Positions 51,501 to 59,809 of a stretch of 61,730 nt of DNA are shown one piece after another (the first letter of the stretch is position 1; each line of letters opens with the position of its first letter). The position numbers and the translations under genes were made by a program. The notes under the pieces were generated by a model. That model was not told where the DNA came from, searched no databases, and saw only the letters and a program-made list of their open reading frames with translations. This DNA is from a virus: the IMG/VR virus record IMGVR_UViG_3300044972_000763, positions 1-61,730 of that record. One strand, given 5' to 3'.

Positions 51501-54500
51501 AATGACCGGATTGAAGCCTGCCTTCACGCGGTTTGTGAATATGCTGACCAAGTTCACTCGGCGCATGGGTAATGCCCTGCGTGGTGATGGGTTTAATAGC
51601 CCTGATGATGTGTTTGGTAGGGTTGTAGAGGGTGATGCTGGTAGGTTTGCTGGTGAGGCCGCGCCTGAGTTTAGGGGTGGTGAGGAGTTTAGTAGCCGCC
51701 TTCCTGCCACCATTGAAGTAGATGGAGTATCCCGCCCTACCACCAATAGTGAAGGGCGCCCTATTCACCCAACAGAAGAAGGGGTGCGTAACTTCTGGCG
51801 GTGGTTTGGTGATAGTAAGGTGGTTGATGCGGGTGGGAAGCCGCTGGTGGTTTATCATGGGACCGATAAGAGGTTCACTAAGGTCAATCTTAATAAGGGA
51901 ACGCAGGGACTTTTTTGGTTCACGTCCGATAGGGCCGCGATTGAGGCGGGCGATGTTGGCGCTGCCGGTAGGGGCGTTATCATGGATTTATACGCCAAGA
52001 TTGAAAGTCCCGCAAACTGGAAACAATACGACCAGCTATCACTTGGAGAATTTAGGTCGCGTGGACTTGATGGGGCCATTCTTCCCGAATCTGATGGCAC
52101 TATGACTGGATTTATTATTGACCGGCCCAATCAAATAAAATCAGCCGTCAACAACACGGGCGCCTTTTCCCCCGCTGATGCCCGCATTCAATACAGCGCC
52201 CGCACCTTACCCAAGGTAAGTTCCACATACCAAAGCGCCATTGACAAGGTAACAGGGACATACGGACAGGAGCCGGACAGCCTATTCCGTAGGGCGCTGG
52301 ATGGCCTTACAGGGGCAAGGGCCAAATACACAATGCTGTATGGTGGCGATAAGCCCCAGCGGGTTAAGGCCACTGATAGCCTTGTCATGTCCAGCGTCAA
52401 CCAATTCCATGCAGGCCATTTGGCTGACCAACTCCTGAAATCCAAGGGCAGGCCGGATGCGGCTGTTATTGGCCGGTCTTGGGAGTCTGCCAACAATAAT
52501 GATGCCCGTATTGCCTATATGATGAACGGTGGTGGGTATAGGCTAGACAAAACCCGTGGGGTTTTGGTGCGTGATCCCAAGGTGAAATCCATTAAGGATA
52601 TGTTCGCCAATAAGGTTCCCACTGATGAGGCCGGGCAAAAGCGGTTCCAAACCTACGCTGTGGCGAACCTAGAGCGTGATCTTCGTAAGCGGGGTAAGAA
52701 AGGCTTTCTTAACCTGACTGATACTGAGATTGCTTCTGTTATCCAAGAGTCTGAACGGTCCTTCCCGCAATGGAAGGAAGTGATTAAGGACTTGAATAAC
52801 TGGAACAATAGCCTGTTGCAGTTGTTGGTGGATGCGGGGAACATTGACCAAGCCACCAAAGATAAACTGATGCAGGTGTTCTACACCCCATTGTATCGCA
52901 AGATGGAAGATGATGCTTACCATAATGCTGATATGGTGGTGGGGCCAGCAACGGCGGGGACGCTCAAGAATCCTAGTGACGCATTAAAGCGTCGTGAGGG
53001 TGGGGAAGAACCCATTGGTGATCTATTCGAGAACATTGTTCGGAATGCAGATGCCATTGTGAAGTCTGCCCTGAAGAATGTTGCCATGGAGAACACCGCT
53101 AAGGGGCTTGAAATTGCGGGGCTGGCCGAGAAGGTTCCCGCTAAACTTGATGGCGCCAAGAATATCATGACCCTTCGCCGGGATGGTAAGGACGTTCATT
53201 ACCGGATTGATGATCCGTTGATGATGATTGCCATTAGCACGGCGCCCATGCAGATTCAGAACGGGTTTTACAAGGCAATGGCTTCTATCTCTGGATTTCT
53301 CAGGGATATGATTACCCTTGCGCCCCCCTTTATGTTGGCAAACCTATGGCGCGGCAAGATTGTGTCTTATGTCCAAGAGGGCGTCCCCTTGTGGCGCTCG
53401 ACATGGCTTGGCCTTAAAGATGCTTTGAAGCAAACCTCCTCTATGACCTCCATCGGGGACGTGACGGGCTTTGGTGGCTACACTTGGGGGCAAGGTAGTC
53501 AGGATTTGGTTGGCGAATTGAAGCGCCAAGTGCGCCTTGCTGACGGCACGGCTTCTATGCTGGATCGGGCCAAGGGTATTGTCCAGGGCTTGCGGCATGT
53601 GGGTGAAGCAACTGAATTTGCTGAACGTGTTAAGGTGGTGGACCATCTTATCTCCAAGGGTATGAACCCTGATGATGCCGCTTTCCAAGGATACCTTCTG
53701 GCGCCCTTCTCTCGACGCGGTATGGGGACCGGCTTCTTTGGTTCCATTGCTTCATTCTTGGCGCCGATTGTCCCGTTCTTGAACGCCAAAATCCAGGGTA
53801 CATACCGCCTATTGGAGAATGAAAAGAACCTACCGAAGCATAAGTTTATTATGCAAATGATGGCGCGCGGTTCGGTTGTGACTATGTTTAGTATGGCCCT
53901 TGCTGCTCTGGCATCCGATGATGAGCGGTGGGAAAACGAGCCGGTTGAACGGAAGATGCTGTATGACATTTTCTATGTAGGCGATAAAACCATTCTTCTC
54001 CCAAGAGCATTTGAAGTGGGGACTTGGTTTGGTGCTATTCCCGTGATGCTTTTTGATGCAGCCCGCAAGGAGCATGGTGGTGATCTTGGGAAGGCATTTG
54101 CCTTTGCGATAACCAATACCCTTGGGTTTAGTCCAATCCCGGCCTCGATTGCCCCGCTAATTACAGTTGCAACAAACTATGATTTCTTCATGGGTCGGGA
54201 GTTAGAAAGCGCGGGCATGAGGTCGCGCCCTGCCAGCGAGAGAAGCCAAGAGGACACATCTAGGGTTGCGGAAGGTGTGGCATACGCCATCAATAATAGC
54301 CTTGGTGAGTTGCCTCGCGGCATGAGAACTGAGTTGTCTCCCATTCAAGTCCAGGCGCTTCTACAGGGCTACCTAGGGACCGCTGGCACTATGATACTGA
54401 GTGCTGTAGATGGGTTCCTTGGCTGGTCTGGTGTGACCCCTGGCAAGCCCGCTGGCCCGCTTGGTGATCCTAATAGCCCGCTTGGTATTGCCACCACCCT

Positions 54501-54864
54501 TTCAGGTATGCGGCGGTTTGTGAAAGGCGATGAGGAAAAGGTTAGCCGGTTTGTTGGTGACTTCTATGATCTAAAGCGTGAAGTGACGCAATGGACCACA
54601 GCCATGAATGACGCCCGGCTTGCCGGGGATATGGCTAGGGCTAACGAGATTGCTTCTGAAAGGTCTGACTTGTTTAGCCTAAAGAAGCAGGTTGATAAAG
54701 CATCCCGTGATGTTGGCGAGATTAGCCGTAGGATGAGGGCTATTCAGAACAATCCTAATATGGACCCACAGGAAAAGGCCGATGCCCTGGTCCCGCTAAG
54801 GCAACGGCGCAATGAAATCACGGGTACGGTTATGCAGCAGGCTGTTGACCGGGGAGTGCGCTAA
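48592..54864 (+). CDS. 2090-aa polyvalent virion protein (zincin-like HExxH region + ART-like domain + C-terminal membrane-segment region)
   Basis: AAHEAFHVL at aa 879-887 (HExxH at 881-885, nt 51232-51246). VVYHGT at aa ~1086-1091 (His 1089, nt 51856). FWFTSD, then PNQIKSAVNNTGAF. Hydrophobic segments FFGSIASFLAPIVPFL, GSVVTMFSMALAALA and GTWFGAIPVMLF lie in the last 400 aa. Confidence 0.75.
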   Translation: MSRYIQLPDNSYVEIPEGMSDDEARQKVFLDPRFRPIIEQAISQQSSIIPDLGGSVVRGVGSIPTAVGRLTDLVPGMQDNIVSRGLTSAGEYLSQRGTAMMSPGGQMQQRLFQAVMDEAENQGLVDQAKVALREAISNPRMLANITAESIPSLVASFGGGLAVRGAAAVGSRLAGRQLGAEGARRAAVAGAIGTESLLEGGGSADDVYKEIKGLKEEELQKSPEYQELLRGGLKPEDARESLARSAARQAGLQTAAISGTIGAALPGVETMPFARASTAGRGRRALTGAGTELGQEGGQEGGAALSENIARQRAEIERELTAGVGSRAALGAVVGGITGGAFGGLRSSAPEVYRTEDAELRSALQAGQPEFQRAAIVERGLNIPAEDFLSRPAEEQEKLLAEAQKALQPTPTIRQVSPEDFAAAAQGLRSGENQEASIGTLASQYIADQIKDKPSYTVSVPSLQAYLSGIAGRQIPTGEVKAALDRQIQSPENQSGEFGFSLAKGESKKGKIKKYVANNLSAQNQEVVSERVAAVEEGRVETPMGAPAAAPEGPGFALPPDVKQNLEDLRKGVKPQQQSLVQFLRKAGGLNNTGYMAGEVSNILGSNRALPGLINNQARTPIKNQNGKVVGYKGGLTLDRAREKLVEEGFLPEDADINDMLNAIRDELSGGGANFGLTEDFEGQERQRAAQQLERALDEAGVTARDSDEDIARVLGFEVQSRPATEEDVEALDRERFGNVPPKPLGPAAEYSARGQAGQAPQTEQTAPKAFDYMAVINDRLNKIRAKGKQGEAIAAAIEKDLRSGKYQPEQLYAAFKAGEVMAGILPSGANHEIRFVERILKGDIEAQGRRLPPENTASAGIIEISLSDSALSMAQETAAHEAFHVLQDYYGQYDSAFKKLMGQSFKDGMTLDQVDSTIKRKLQTIRMPGSKQSYWDFLSSSLPGKIDSAREAEAYVFGSLHDAAKRGIPMTGLKPAFTRFVNMLTKFTRRMGNALRGDGFNSPDDVFGRVVEGDAGRFAGEAAPEFRGGEEFSSRLPATIEVDGVSRPTTNSEGRPIHPTEEGVRNFWRWFGDSKVVDAGGKPLVVYHGTDKRFTKVNLNKGTQGLFWFTSDRAAIEAGDVGAAGRGVIMDLYAKIESPANWKQYDQLSLGEFRSRGLDGAILPESDGTMTGFIIDRPNQIKSAVNNTGAFSPADARIQYSARTLPKVSSTYQSAIDKVTGTYGQEPDSLFRRALDGLTGARAKYTMLYGGDKPQRVKATDSLVMSSVNQFHAGHLADQLLKSKGRPDAAVIGRSWESANNNDARIAYMMNGGGYRLDKTRGVLVRDPKVKSIKDMFANKVPTDEAGQKRFQTYAVANLERDLRKRGKKGFLNLTDTEIASVIQESERSFPQWKEVIKDLNNWNNSLLQLLVDAGNIDQATKDKLMQVFYTPLYRKMEDDAYHNADMVVGPATAGTLKNPSDALKRREGGEEPIGDLFENIVRNADAIVKSALKNVAMENTAKGLEIAGLAEKVPAKLDGAKNIMTLRRDGKDVHYRIDDPLMMIAISTAPMQIQNGFYKAMASISGFLRDMITLAPPFMLANLWRGKIVSYVQEGVPLWRSTWLGLKDALKQTSSMTSIGDVTGFGGYTWGQGSQDLVGELKRQVRLADGTASMLDRAKGIVQGLRHVGEATEFAERVKVVDHLISKGMNPDDAAFQGYLLAPFSRRGMGTGFFGSIASFLAPIVPFLNAKIQGTYRLLENEKNLPKHKFIMQMMARGSVVTMFSMALAALASDDERWENEPVERKMLYDIFYVGDKTILLPRAFEVGTWFGAIPVMLFDAARKEHGGDLGKAFAFAITNTLGFSPIPASIAPLITVATNYDFFMGRELESAGMRSRPASERSQEDTSRVAEGVAYAINNSLGELPRGMRTELSPIQVQALLQGYLGTAGTMILSAVDGFLGWSGVTPGKPAGPLGDPNSPLGIATTLSGMRRFVKGDEEKVSRFVGDFYDLKREVTQWTTAMNDARLAGDMARANEIASERSDLFSLKKQVDKASRDVGEISRRMRAIQNNPNMDPQEKADALVPLRQRRNEITGTVMQQAVDRGVR

Positions 54865-55498
54865 GCGCCTCCCAAGCGGCTACAGTATCTGGCAATTCAT
54901 TCTTCAAGATAGCATAGCATTTATCCGCCACCTCGATATGCTCAGGTTGTGTCCCGTTACCGCGCCTTACATCGCAGTAATGCAGCCATGAGCGAATATC
55001 ACCACTCACATACATACGGGTTGTGGTTAGCCCTTCCGGCAGAATAGACCGCGCCACTTCCTTAGCGATGCCGTATCCAAGGGCAGCGGTATAGATAACG
55101 TCTGCCTTCATTTTCATTTTGGCTTGGGCTTCATCCCACCATTTCAAGATTTCTGGATCATCGCAGGGATTGGACTTCTGCCGATTCTTTGGGTCCTGCA
55201 TCCTAGCCGGGCGATTGGGCGCTGCTGGCAAGGTGCTAGTAATCATATATCTTTGACTAAACTCCTGAATTTGCAGGCTTTTATGCCTAATAATCTGCCT
55301 GCTAATGTCCCGTTCTGTGATGATTTCCAGGCACATATTAGCCATAGTGAACGGGGACCAATGCTTATGCTTGATGAGATAGGCAATCAGCGAGGACGCA
55401 TCATCATTTGGCTTTGCGTTTACATTGCTGACACGGGCGATGTAGCCAATCATCTGATCGGCATTGGGTGTTACCCAAACCAGATTCACTTCAGACAT
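54830..55498 (-). CDS. thyX: flavin-dependent thymidylate synthase ThyX
   Basis: RHKSLQIQEFSQRY is the ThyX RHR-x7-S motif with an R-to-K change. HWSPFTMANMCLEI lies upstream of it. Confidence 0.8.
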   Translation of the reverse strand: MSEVNLVWVTPNADQMIGYIARVSNVNAKPNDDASSLIAYLIKHKHWSPFTMANMCLEIITERDISRQIIRHKSLQIQEFSQRYMITSTLPAAPNRPARMQDPKNRQKSNPCDDPEILKWWDEAQAKMKMKADVIYTAALGYGIAKEVARSILPEGLTTTRMYVSGDIRSWLHYCDVRRGNGTQPEHIEVADKCYAILKNELPDTVAAWEALSALPGQQPAA

Positions 55499-55507
55499 TG
55501 TATCTCC

Positions 55508-56002
55508 TTATTTGTTTAGGTTTTCTACTACCTGTCTAGCATGGTCTATTAGTTTCTCCATGCTTTTCTTATGGACATTACCATTGATGGCTTGTTCTAG
55601 GTCATTGACACAATCAGTCAGGATGATGGCTAGACCTTCTGCCTTGCCTTGCCATAAGCCTGCGTTACGGGCTGATTGACCTACTAGCTTGATAGCTTCT
55701 AGGGCGCCCTGCTTATGTTCTTCTAGTGCCGCTTGCGCGGCTTTCGCCCGTTGATAGTTTTGCTGAGATACCTCGGACCATTCATGGCAGGCTTTGGTTA
55801 GTTGTTCGTTGTCCTTTTCCAAGTCCTCAATACGGCGCCCCTTATCCAAAAGGGATTTGGCTAATTGTCCAGCCAGGGCGTCACGGCTATTGGCCCTACC
55901 ATCCCATTTAAGGGCTAAGGCGCGAACCAAATTCCAATCCACATAAAGTTCACCCTCTTTCCTCTCGTGGATGGCGGCAAACTGGTCAACCTTATAGGAC
56001 AT
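55508..56002 (-). CDS. coiled-coil hypothetical protein (164 aa)
   Basis: Track ORF. Confidence 0.55.
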   Translation of the reverse strand: MSYKVDQFAAIHERKEGELYVDWNLVRALALKWDGRANSRDALAGQLAKSLLDKGRRIEDLEKDNEQLTKACHEWSEVSQQNYQRAKAAQAALEEHKQGALEAIKLVGQSARNAGLWQGKAEGLAIILTDCVNDLEQAINGNVHKKSMEKLIDHARQVVENLNK

Positions 56003-56210
56003 TTCTTTCCCCCTTCTCCTTCATAACCCTCTCCACCGCATCCCGCGTTTCCTGCTCTAACCTATTCCAATCCCCTCGCCAGATGTTTTTAGCCATGTCG
56101 TGAATAGCGGATTGTAGTTTCTCGATTTCATTGGCTGCTTCATTCATAGTGTCCAGCCATCGTGGCGACCCGCTTGAAGGATCGCGCAACCGCTTTGTAA
56201 GGTCAGTCAT
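55992..56210 (-). CDS. hypothetical protein (72 aa)
   Basis: Track ORF. Confidence 0.5.
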   Translation of the reverse strand: MTDLTKRLRDPSSGSPRWLDTMNEAANEIEKLQSAIHDMAKNIWRGDWNRLEQETRDAVERVMKEKGERNVL

Positions 56211-56466
56211 TCTTTACCTCCCCATTGCCGCCAAAGTTCCATTCCATCTTTTTGAAAGATGCCACATTAAGAACCTTCACGATTTCAATGCGGAGAATGC
56301 GGAGCCGGTTGTTGTGTTCATACCAGCCGTTCCGGCCATGTGCGAAAATGATTTGTGCTTGATCCCAAGCATCTTTATACGTGGCGCCCCCACCAACTTC
56401 CCGAATAGACTGAACATCGGTAAGCAGGTTTTCAATGTGGGCATATACCTTGTATCCAAGGGTCAT
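56203..56466 (-). CDS. hypothetical protein (87 aa)
   Basis: Track ORF. Confidence 0.5.
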   Translation of the reverse strand: MTLGYKVYAHIENLLTDVQSIREVGGGATYKDAWDQAQIIFAHGRNGWYEHNNRLRILRIEIVKVLNVASFKKMEWNFGGNGEVKND

Positions 56467-56690
56467 TCTTTGTCTCCTTCTTGCGGAACAATAGCTAACT
56501 TATATCCAATAGCCCCCAGCATATCATCGAAGGATTGGATGGATGGTCTAATGCCGTCATAGCGCCATCGGAATATGGCTGCCCTATCATATCCCGCCTT
56601 CTCGGCGGTGGCGGCGATTCCCATTTTCCTTTCCTTGATTAGCCTTATTAAATCTAACACCATTGGGTGTGCGGGCCTTTTTCCTGGCAT
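56463..56690 (-). CDS. small HTH DNA-binding protein (start uncertain)
   Basis: MGIAATAEKAGYDRAAIFRWRYDG is an HTH-like segment. Overlaps 56587..56931 by 104 nt if the ATG at 56690 is used. Confidence 0.45.
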   Translation of the reverse strand: MPGKRPAHPMVLDLIRLIKERKMGIAATAEKAGYDRAAIFRWRYDGIRPSIQSFDDMLGAIGYKLAIVPQEGDKE

Positions 56691-56931
56691 ATTTTTCTTC
56701 CACGAGTTTGTATAATTCCCAACCCTTCAATCTGAAGGGCGCGGCGGCTTGGATTAAAACCTCCACCCTAGGAAGGCACCGGCCTGATTCCCAGTTGCAT
56801 AATGTGTTCTCCCCTATACCCGCTTTATCGGTGTATGTCATATTTGCCATATTAGCATGGTCACGGAGATTGTAAAGGACTTCTCCCATTGCGAGGGAGA
56901 ATTTTTCCTTATCGGTAGAACGCATGGTCAT
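56587..56931 (-). CDS. XRE-like HTH protein (3' end uncertain)
   Basis: MTYTDKAGIGENTLCNWESGRCLPRVEVLIQ is an HTH-like segment. The last ~35 aa are low-complexity basic sequence in the overlap with the next ORF. Confidence 0.45.
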   Translation of the reverse strand: MTMRSTDKEKFSLAMGEVLYNLRDHANMANMTYTDKAGIGENTLCNWESGRCLPRVEVLIQAAAPFRLKGWELYKLVEEKYARKKARTPNGVRFNKANQGKENGNRRHRREGGI

Positions 56932-57409
56932 TGATCCTTATTGCCTTGCGTGGGGCTGTGCTGGGCGTCCTGAAGAACAGGGCGCCCTCAGTAATGTCAG
57001 GAAAGCCGTATAAGGCTAGGTGCGCCACCTCTAGGGCTTTGCTCCATGATTCCCTGTCAGCCGGTTCACGGTCCTTATTGCGTGTGCATACCCAAGAGAA
57101 TTGGCATGTGTTTCCCTGGCGCTGGTAGATTACCTGACAGGGATCATTAGGCCATCGTCCATCCTGGGTGCGGTTCATCACAACCTGGGCGACTGCAAGC
57201 ATCCCGATTTTGGGTTGATTGCGGGCTTCCCAATAGATGTTCCTTGCCATGCAATTTAGGTGTTCCACGTTGATTGGTTCTGGTTCTGGTAGAAACTCAA
57301 TCACGTTCACCACCTCCACCTTGGGCGGATTCTGAATCTTATCTAGGATCAGGAACCCAATGGCGGTGAAGGTGATGGTATGTAGGATGGCGCTAACGAC
57401 ATGCTTCAT
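56909..57409 (-). CDS. SleB-like cell-wall hydrolase (Hydrolase_2 pattern) with an N-terminal TM anchor
   Basis: N-terminal TM VVSAILHTITFTAIGFLIL, then LNCMARNIYWEARNQPKIGMLAVAQVVMNRTQDGRWPNDPCQVIYQ..QFSW. Confidence 0.6.
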   Translation of the reverse strand: MKHVVSAILHTITFTAIGFLILDKIQNPPKVEVVNVIEFLPEPEPINVEHLNCMARNIYWEARNQPKIGMLAVAQVVMNRTQDGRWPNDPCQVIYQRQGNTCQFSWVCTRNKDREPADRESWSKALEVAHLALYGFPDITEGALFFRTPSTAPRKAIRINDHAFYR

Positions 57410-57423
57410 GTGTCTCTCTTGGG

Positions 57424-57723
57424 TTAGCCGTTGTCGCAGATGGTGAACTTAGTGCAGGCTTTCACCATTTTATTAGCTTGGATCAGCCGGTCCAACAGCT
57501 TCAGCATATCCTCCTTAGCCACCATAACCACGGCAGGCCCGGCTTTCACTAGGGCGCGGTATTCTTGGTCGTTCATTTTGTTTCCCATCAAGAGTAGAAA
57601 ATCAGGAATATCATGGCCGAACACCATGATCTTTGTGGGGTAAGCGTCCATAATAGCCTTTGCATCTTCGAGGGATGAGTTGGCTATTAACTCGGCAACC
57701 TCCTCAATGCTTTTGCCAGTCAT
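57424..57723 (-). CDS. hypothetical protein (99 aa)
   Basis: Track ORF. Confidence 0.5.
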   Translation of the reverse strand: MTGKSIEEVAELIANSSLEDAKAIMDAYPTKIMVFGHDIPDFLLLMGNKMNDQEYRALVKAGPAVVMVAKEDMLKLLDRLIQANKMVKACTKFTICDNG

Positions 57724-57733
57724 CGCAAACCCC

Positions 57734-57976
57734 CTATGCCGGTCCTTTTATCTCAAAGGTTGGGATGATTTCGTGCTTCCCGTCATCAATCCAGCGAAAC
57801 TCCGATACGTCAGCTTCAACCCCGGCAAGCGCGGGAATCTCTTTGGTCAGGGTTCGAAACGCATGGTGAGTTTCGATCCAGTTTTGAAAATCCTTCAGTG
57901 CGTGTTCAAGTTTTTCCTGCGGTATTGTCAAGAAATCGGCGGGCGTTTTGATGATGTAGCGCGGATGCTCGCTCAT
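57734..57976 (-). CDS. hypothetical protein (80 aa)
   Basis: ATG 57976 follows GGAGGAG and overlaps the upstream stop (ATGA), inside track ORF 57734..58033. Confidence 0.5.
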   Translation of the reverse strand: MSEHPRYIIKTPADFLTIPQEKLEHALKDFQNWIETHHAFRTLTKEIPALAGVEADVSEFRWIDDGKHEIIPTFEIKGPA

Positions 57977-58329
57977 TTCAGTCTCCTCCGCAAAGCCAAG
58001 ATGATATTGGCGATAGCCTGACCATCCGGCCAAATAGGATTGCCGTTGCCGTCCCTCTCGGTGGCAACGAATGATGCTTCCACAAGACCAGCGTTAAGTT
58101 GTTCGTCCTGTTTTTGAAGCAGCTTCACAACCCGTCCCGCTAGTGTGCCTTCCTCTGCCGCTACAAAATGCCCGTCAAGGGCTAGTTGGGCTAGGTGGTA
58201 GTCCTGCCTTAGCTGGAAATCCACAGCGGCTTCAGCGGCCTTCTCTGGGGGAATCCAGCCTGTTTGGACAAGCCGTTCCCTCACCTCGCATCCGGTGGTG
58301 GATGCGGTTGATTCACAGTCGAATTGCAT
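57973..58329 (-). CDS. hypothetical protein (118 aa)
   Basis: Track ORF. Confidence 0.5.
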   Translation of the reverse strand: MQFDCESTASTTGCEVRERLVQTGWIPPEKAAEAAVDFQLRQDYHLAQLALDGHFVAAEEGTLAGRVVKLLQKQDEQLNAGLVEASFVATERDGNGNPIWPDGQAIANIILALRRRLK

Positions 58330-58337
58330 GGTGCTTC

Positions 58338-58616
58338 CTATGCGTTACCCGCTGGCCCGTGATACACCACGGCGCCCTCGGATGGTTGTGGCAACATAGT
58401 CAATAGATGATTGCTGGTTTCTGTAAAGAAGTGGGTTACGTCCTTCAACACTTGAGCAATCTCGGTTTCCTCCGTGGTCTGCTGCATGAAGATCATCATT
58501 GCGTAGATGGTCCCCATAACCACACAGGCCGCGCTATCTGCATCCTCTGTATTCTGGTGCATGAAGTTCAACATCACGTCCCGAACAGACAGGGTGTATT
58601 TTTCAGATTTATCCAC
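58338..58616 (-). CDS. hypothetical protein (92 aa)
   Basis: Track ORF. Confidence 0.5.
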   Translation of the reverse strand: MDKSEKYTLSVRDVMLNFMHQNTEDADSAACVVMGTIYAMMIFMQQTTEETEIAQVLKDVTHFFTETSNHLLTMLPQPSEGAVVYHGPAGNA

Positions 58617-58890
58617 GGGGAGTTACCTCTTCCATGATGGCTACATAACCGGCAATATCAATATGGCTATCCTGATGGCCGGGGGTTTGCATGAGCCGAG
58701 CAATCTTAACCATCAACATCATAATCGCCACATCATAGGCGCTGAGATATTCCTGCTGCGGGCGCTGCTGTAGCCAGAAGTTCCAGAGGGTAGCAATCCG
58801 GTTATGGTTTGCCGTCTTATCCCCGTATTCCTTTTCACGAGGACCGGAGATAATCTCCTTAACCTTATCCAGAAAGGGTGCTGCTTGCAT
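58609..58890 (-). CDS. conserved phage protein (DUF6378-like pattern)
   Basis: REKEYGDKTANHNRIATLWNFWL...SAYDVAIMMLMVKIARLMQTPGHQDSHIDIAGY resembles the remembered family signature. Confidence 0.4.
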   Translation of the reverse strand: MQAAPFLDKVKEIISGPREKEYGDKTANHNRIATLWNFWLQQRPQQEYLSAYDVAIMMLMVKIARLMQTPGHQDSHIDIAGYVAIMEEVTPRG

Positions 58891-58899
58891 GGCGCGTCC

Positions 58900-59355
58900 T
58901 TACAGGGATTGAGTTGAGCCTTTGCTTACGGCAAGACAGAGTGGAAGCTGGACAACAAGATCAGCGCCCGCTTCCGGACCGTCCTTGTAGTCAAGGTTTT
59001 TGCCATATTGATCCCACCGATAACCAACATCAAACATACAGAATGTGTTTGTATCTTCATGGTATGAAAGCGGTTCCGTCATGCCTCCGGTGACGTAATA
59101 GTATCGCTGTCCAGGCTTCAGTGTTAGAGGATACAGACTTTGGATATAAGGTTCCTTAATGTCCCACTCTGGCGGGAGCGTTAAATTCTTGCCCTGAAAA
59201 TCCCACTTTCTTTGATCGTGTGGATTTCCAAAAACGAAGGCGACTGCCCGTTCACGCTGCCAATCAATTCGCATAGGGGTTGTGATTAACCCATTATACA
59301 AAACATACTGATGCGCCAAGATTGGCGGGCAGGTGTTGCGTTCAACAATATCCAC
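58900..59355 (-). CDS. hypothetical protein (151 aa), GTG start
   Basis: TAGGAGAGAAATC precedes GTG 59355. The track ORF 58900..59397 begins at a TTG inside the upstream gene. Confidence 0.5.
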   Translation of the reverse strand: MDIVERNTCPPILAHQYVLYNGLITTPMRIDWQRERAVAFVFGNPHDQRKWDFQGKNLTLPPEWDIKEPYIQSLYPLTLKPGQRYYYVTGGMTEPLSYHEDTNTFCMFDVGYRWDQYGKNLDYKDGPEAGADLVVQLPLCLAVSKGSTQSL

Positions 59356-59365
59356 GATTTCTCTC

Positions 59366-59809
59366 CTATAGTTTCGCTGTTGAAAACTGACTTGCAAGGT
59401 CCAGAAATACCTTCCTAGCCTCGCGGTTAGTCTTTAACTCCGTGCGGCTGGTAATACCGCAATGCTCCCTGAGAGCAGCAATGGCGCTGTCCTCAGAAAT
59501 ATCCAGGGCCAAACCTTCCCGGTGTATCCATTGCTGGAACCTTAGATTCCGGCAAAGCATCCCGGCAGAAGCCATAGCCTTATCCCCTTCATCGGCGTCC
59601 CTGCCCTTTATGGGTTCCTCGTTCTCATCAATGTGAACCAGGGCGCAGCCGAACCTAGAACCTGCTGGCGCTGCGAATAGGTCAAGCGGAACTTGGTTGG
59701 GGTGGATGGCAAGGGTGATGTAACTACCCTTTCCATCCTGCCGCATTGAAACCTTGACGGCTTCAAACGACATAGCCGCTTCTTTAGCTGTCGCCATTGC
59801 GAGCCTCAT
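59366..59809 (-). CDS. hypothetical protein (start uncertain: 59809, 59797 or 59773)
   Basis: Track ORF. Confidence 0.5.
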   Translation of the reverse strand: MRLAMATAKEAAMSFEAVKVSMRQDGKGSYITLAIHPNQVPLDLFAAPAGSRFGCALVHIDENEEPIKGRDADEGDKAMASAGMLCRNLRFQQWIHREGLALDISEDSAIAALREHCGITSRTELKTNREARKVFLDLASQFSTAKL

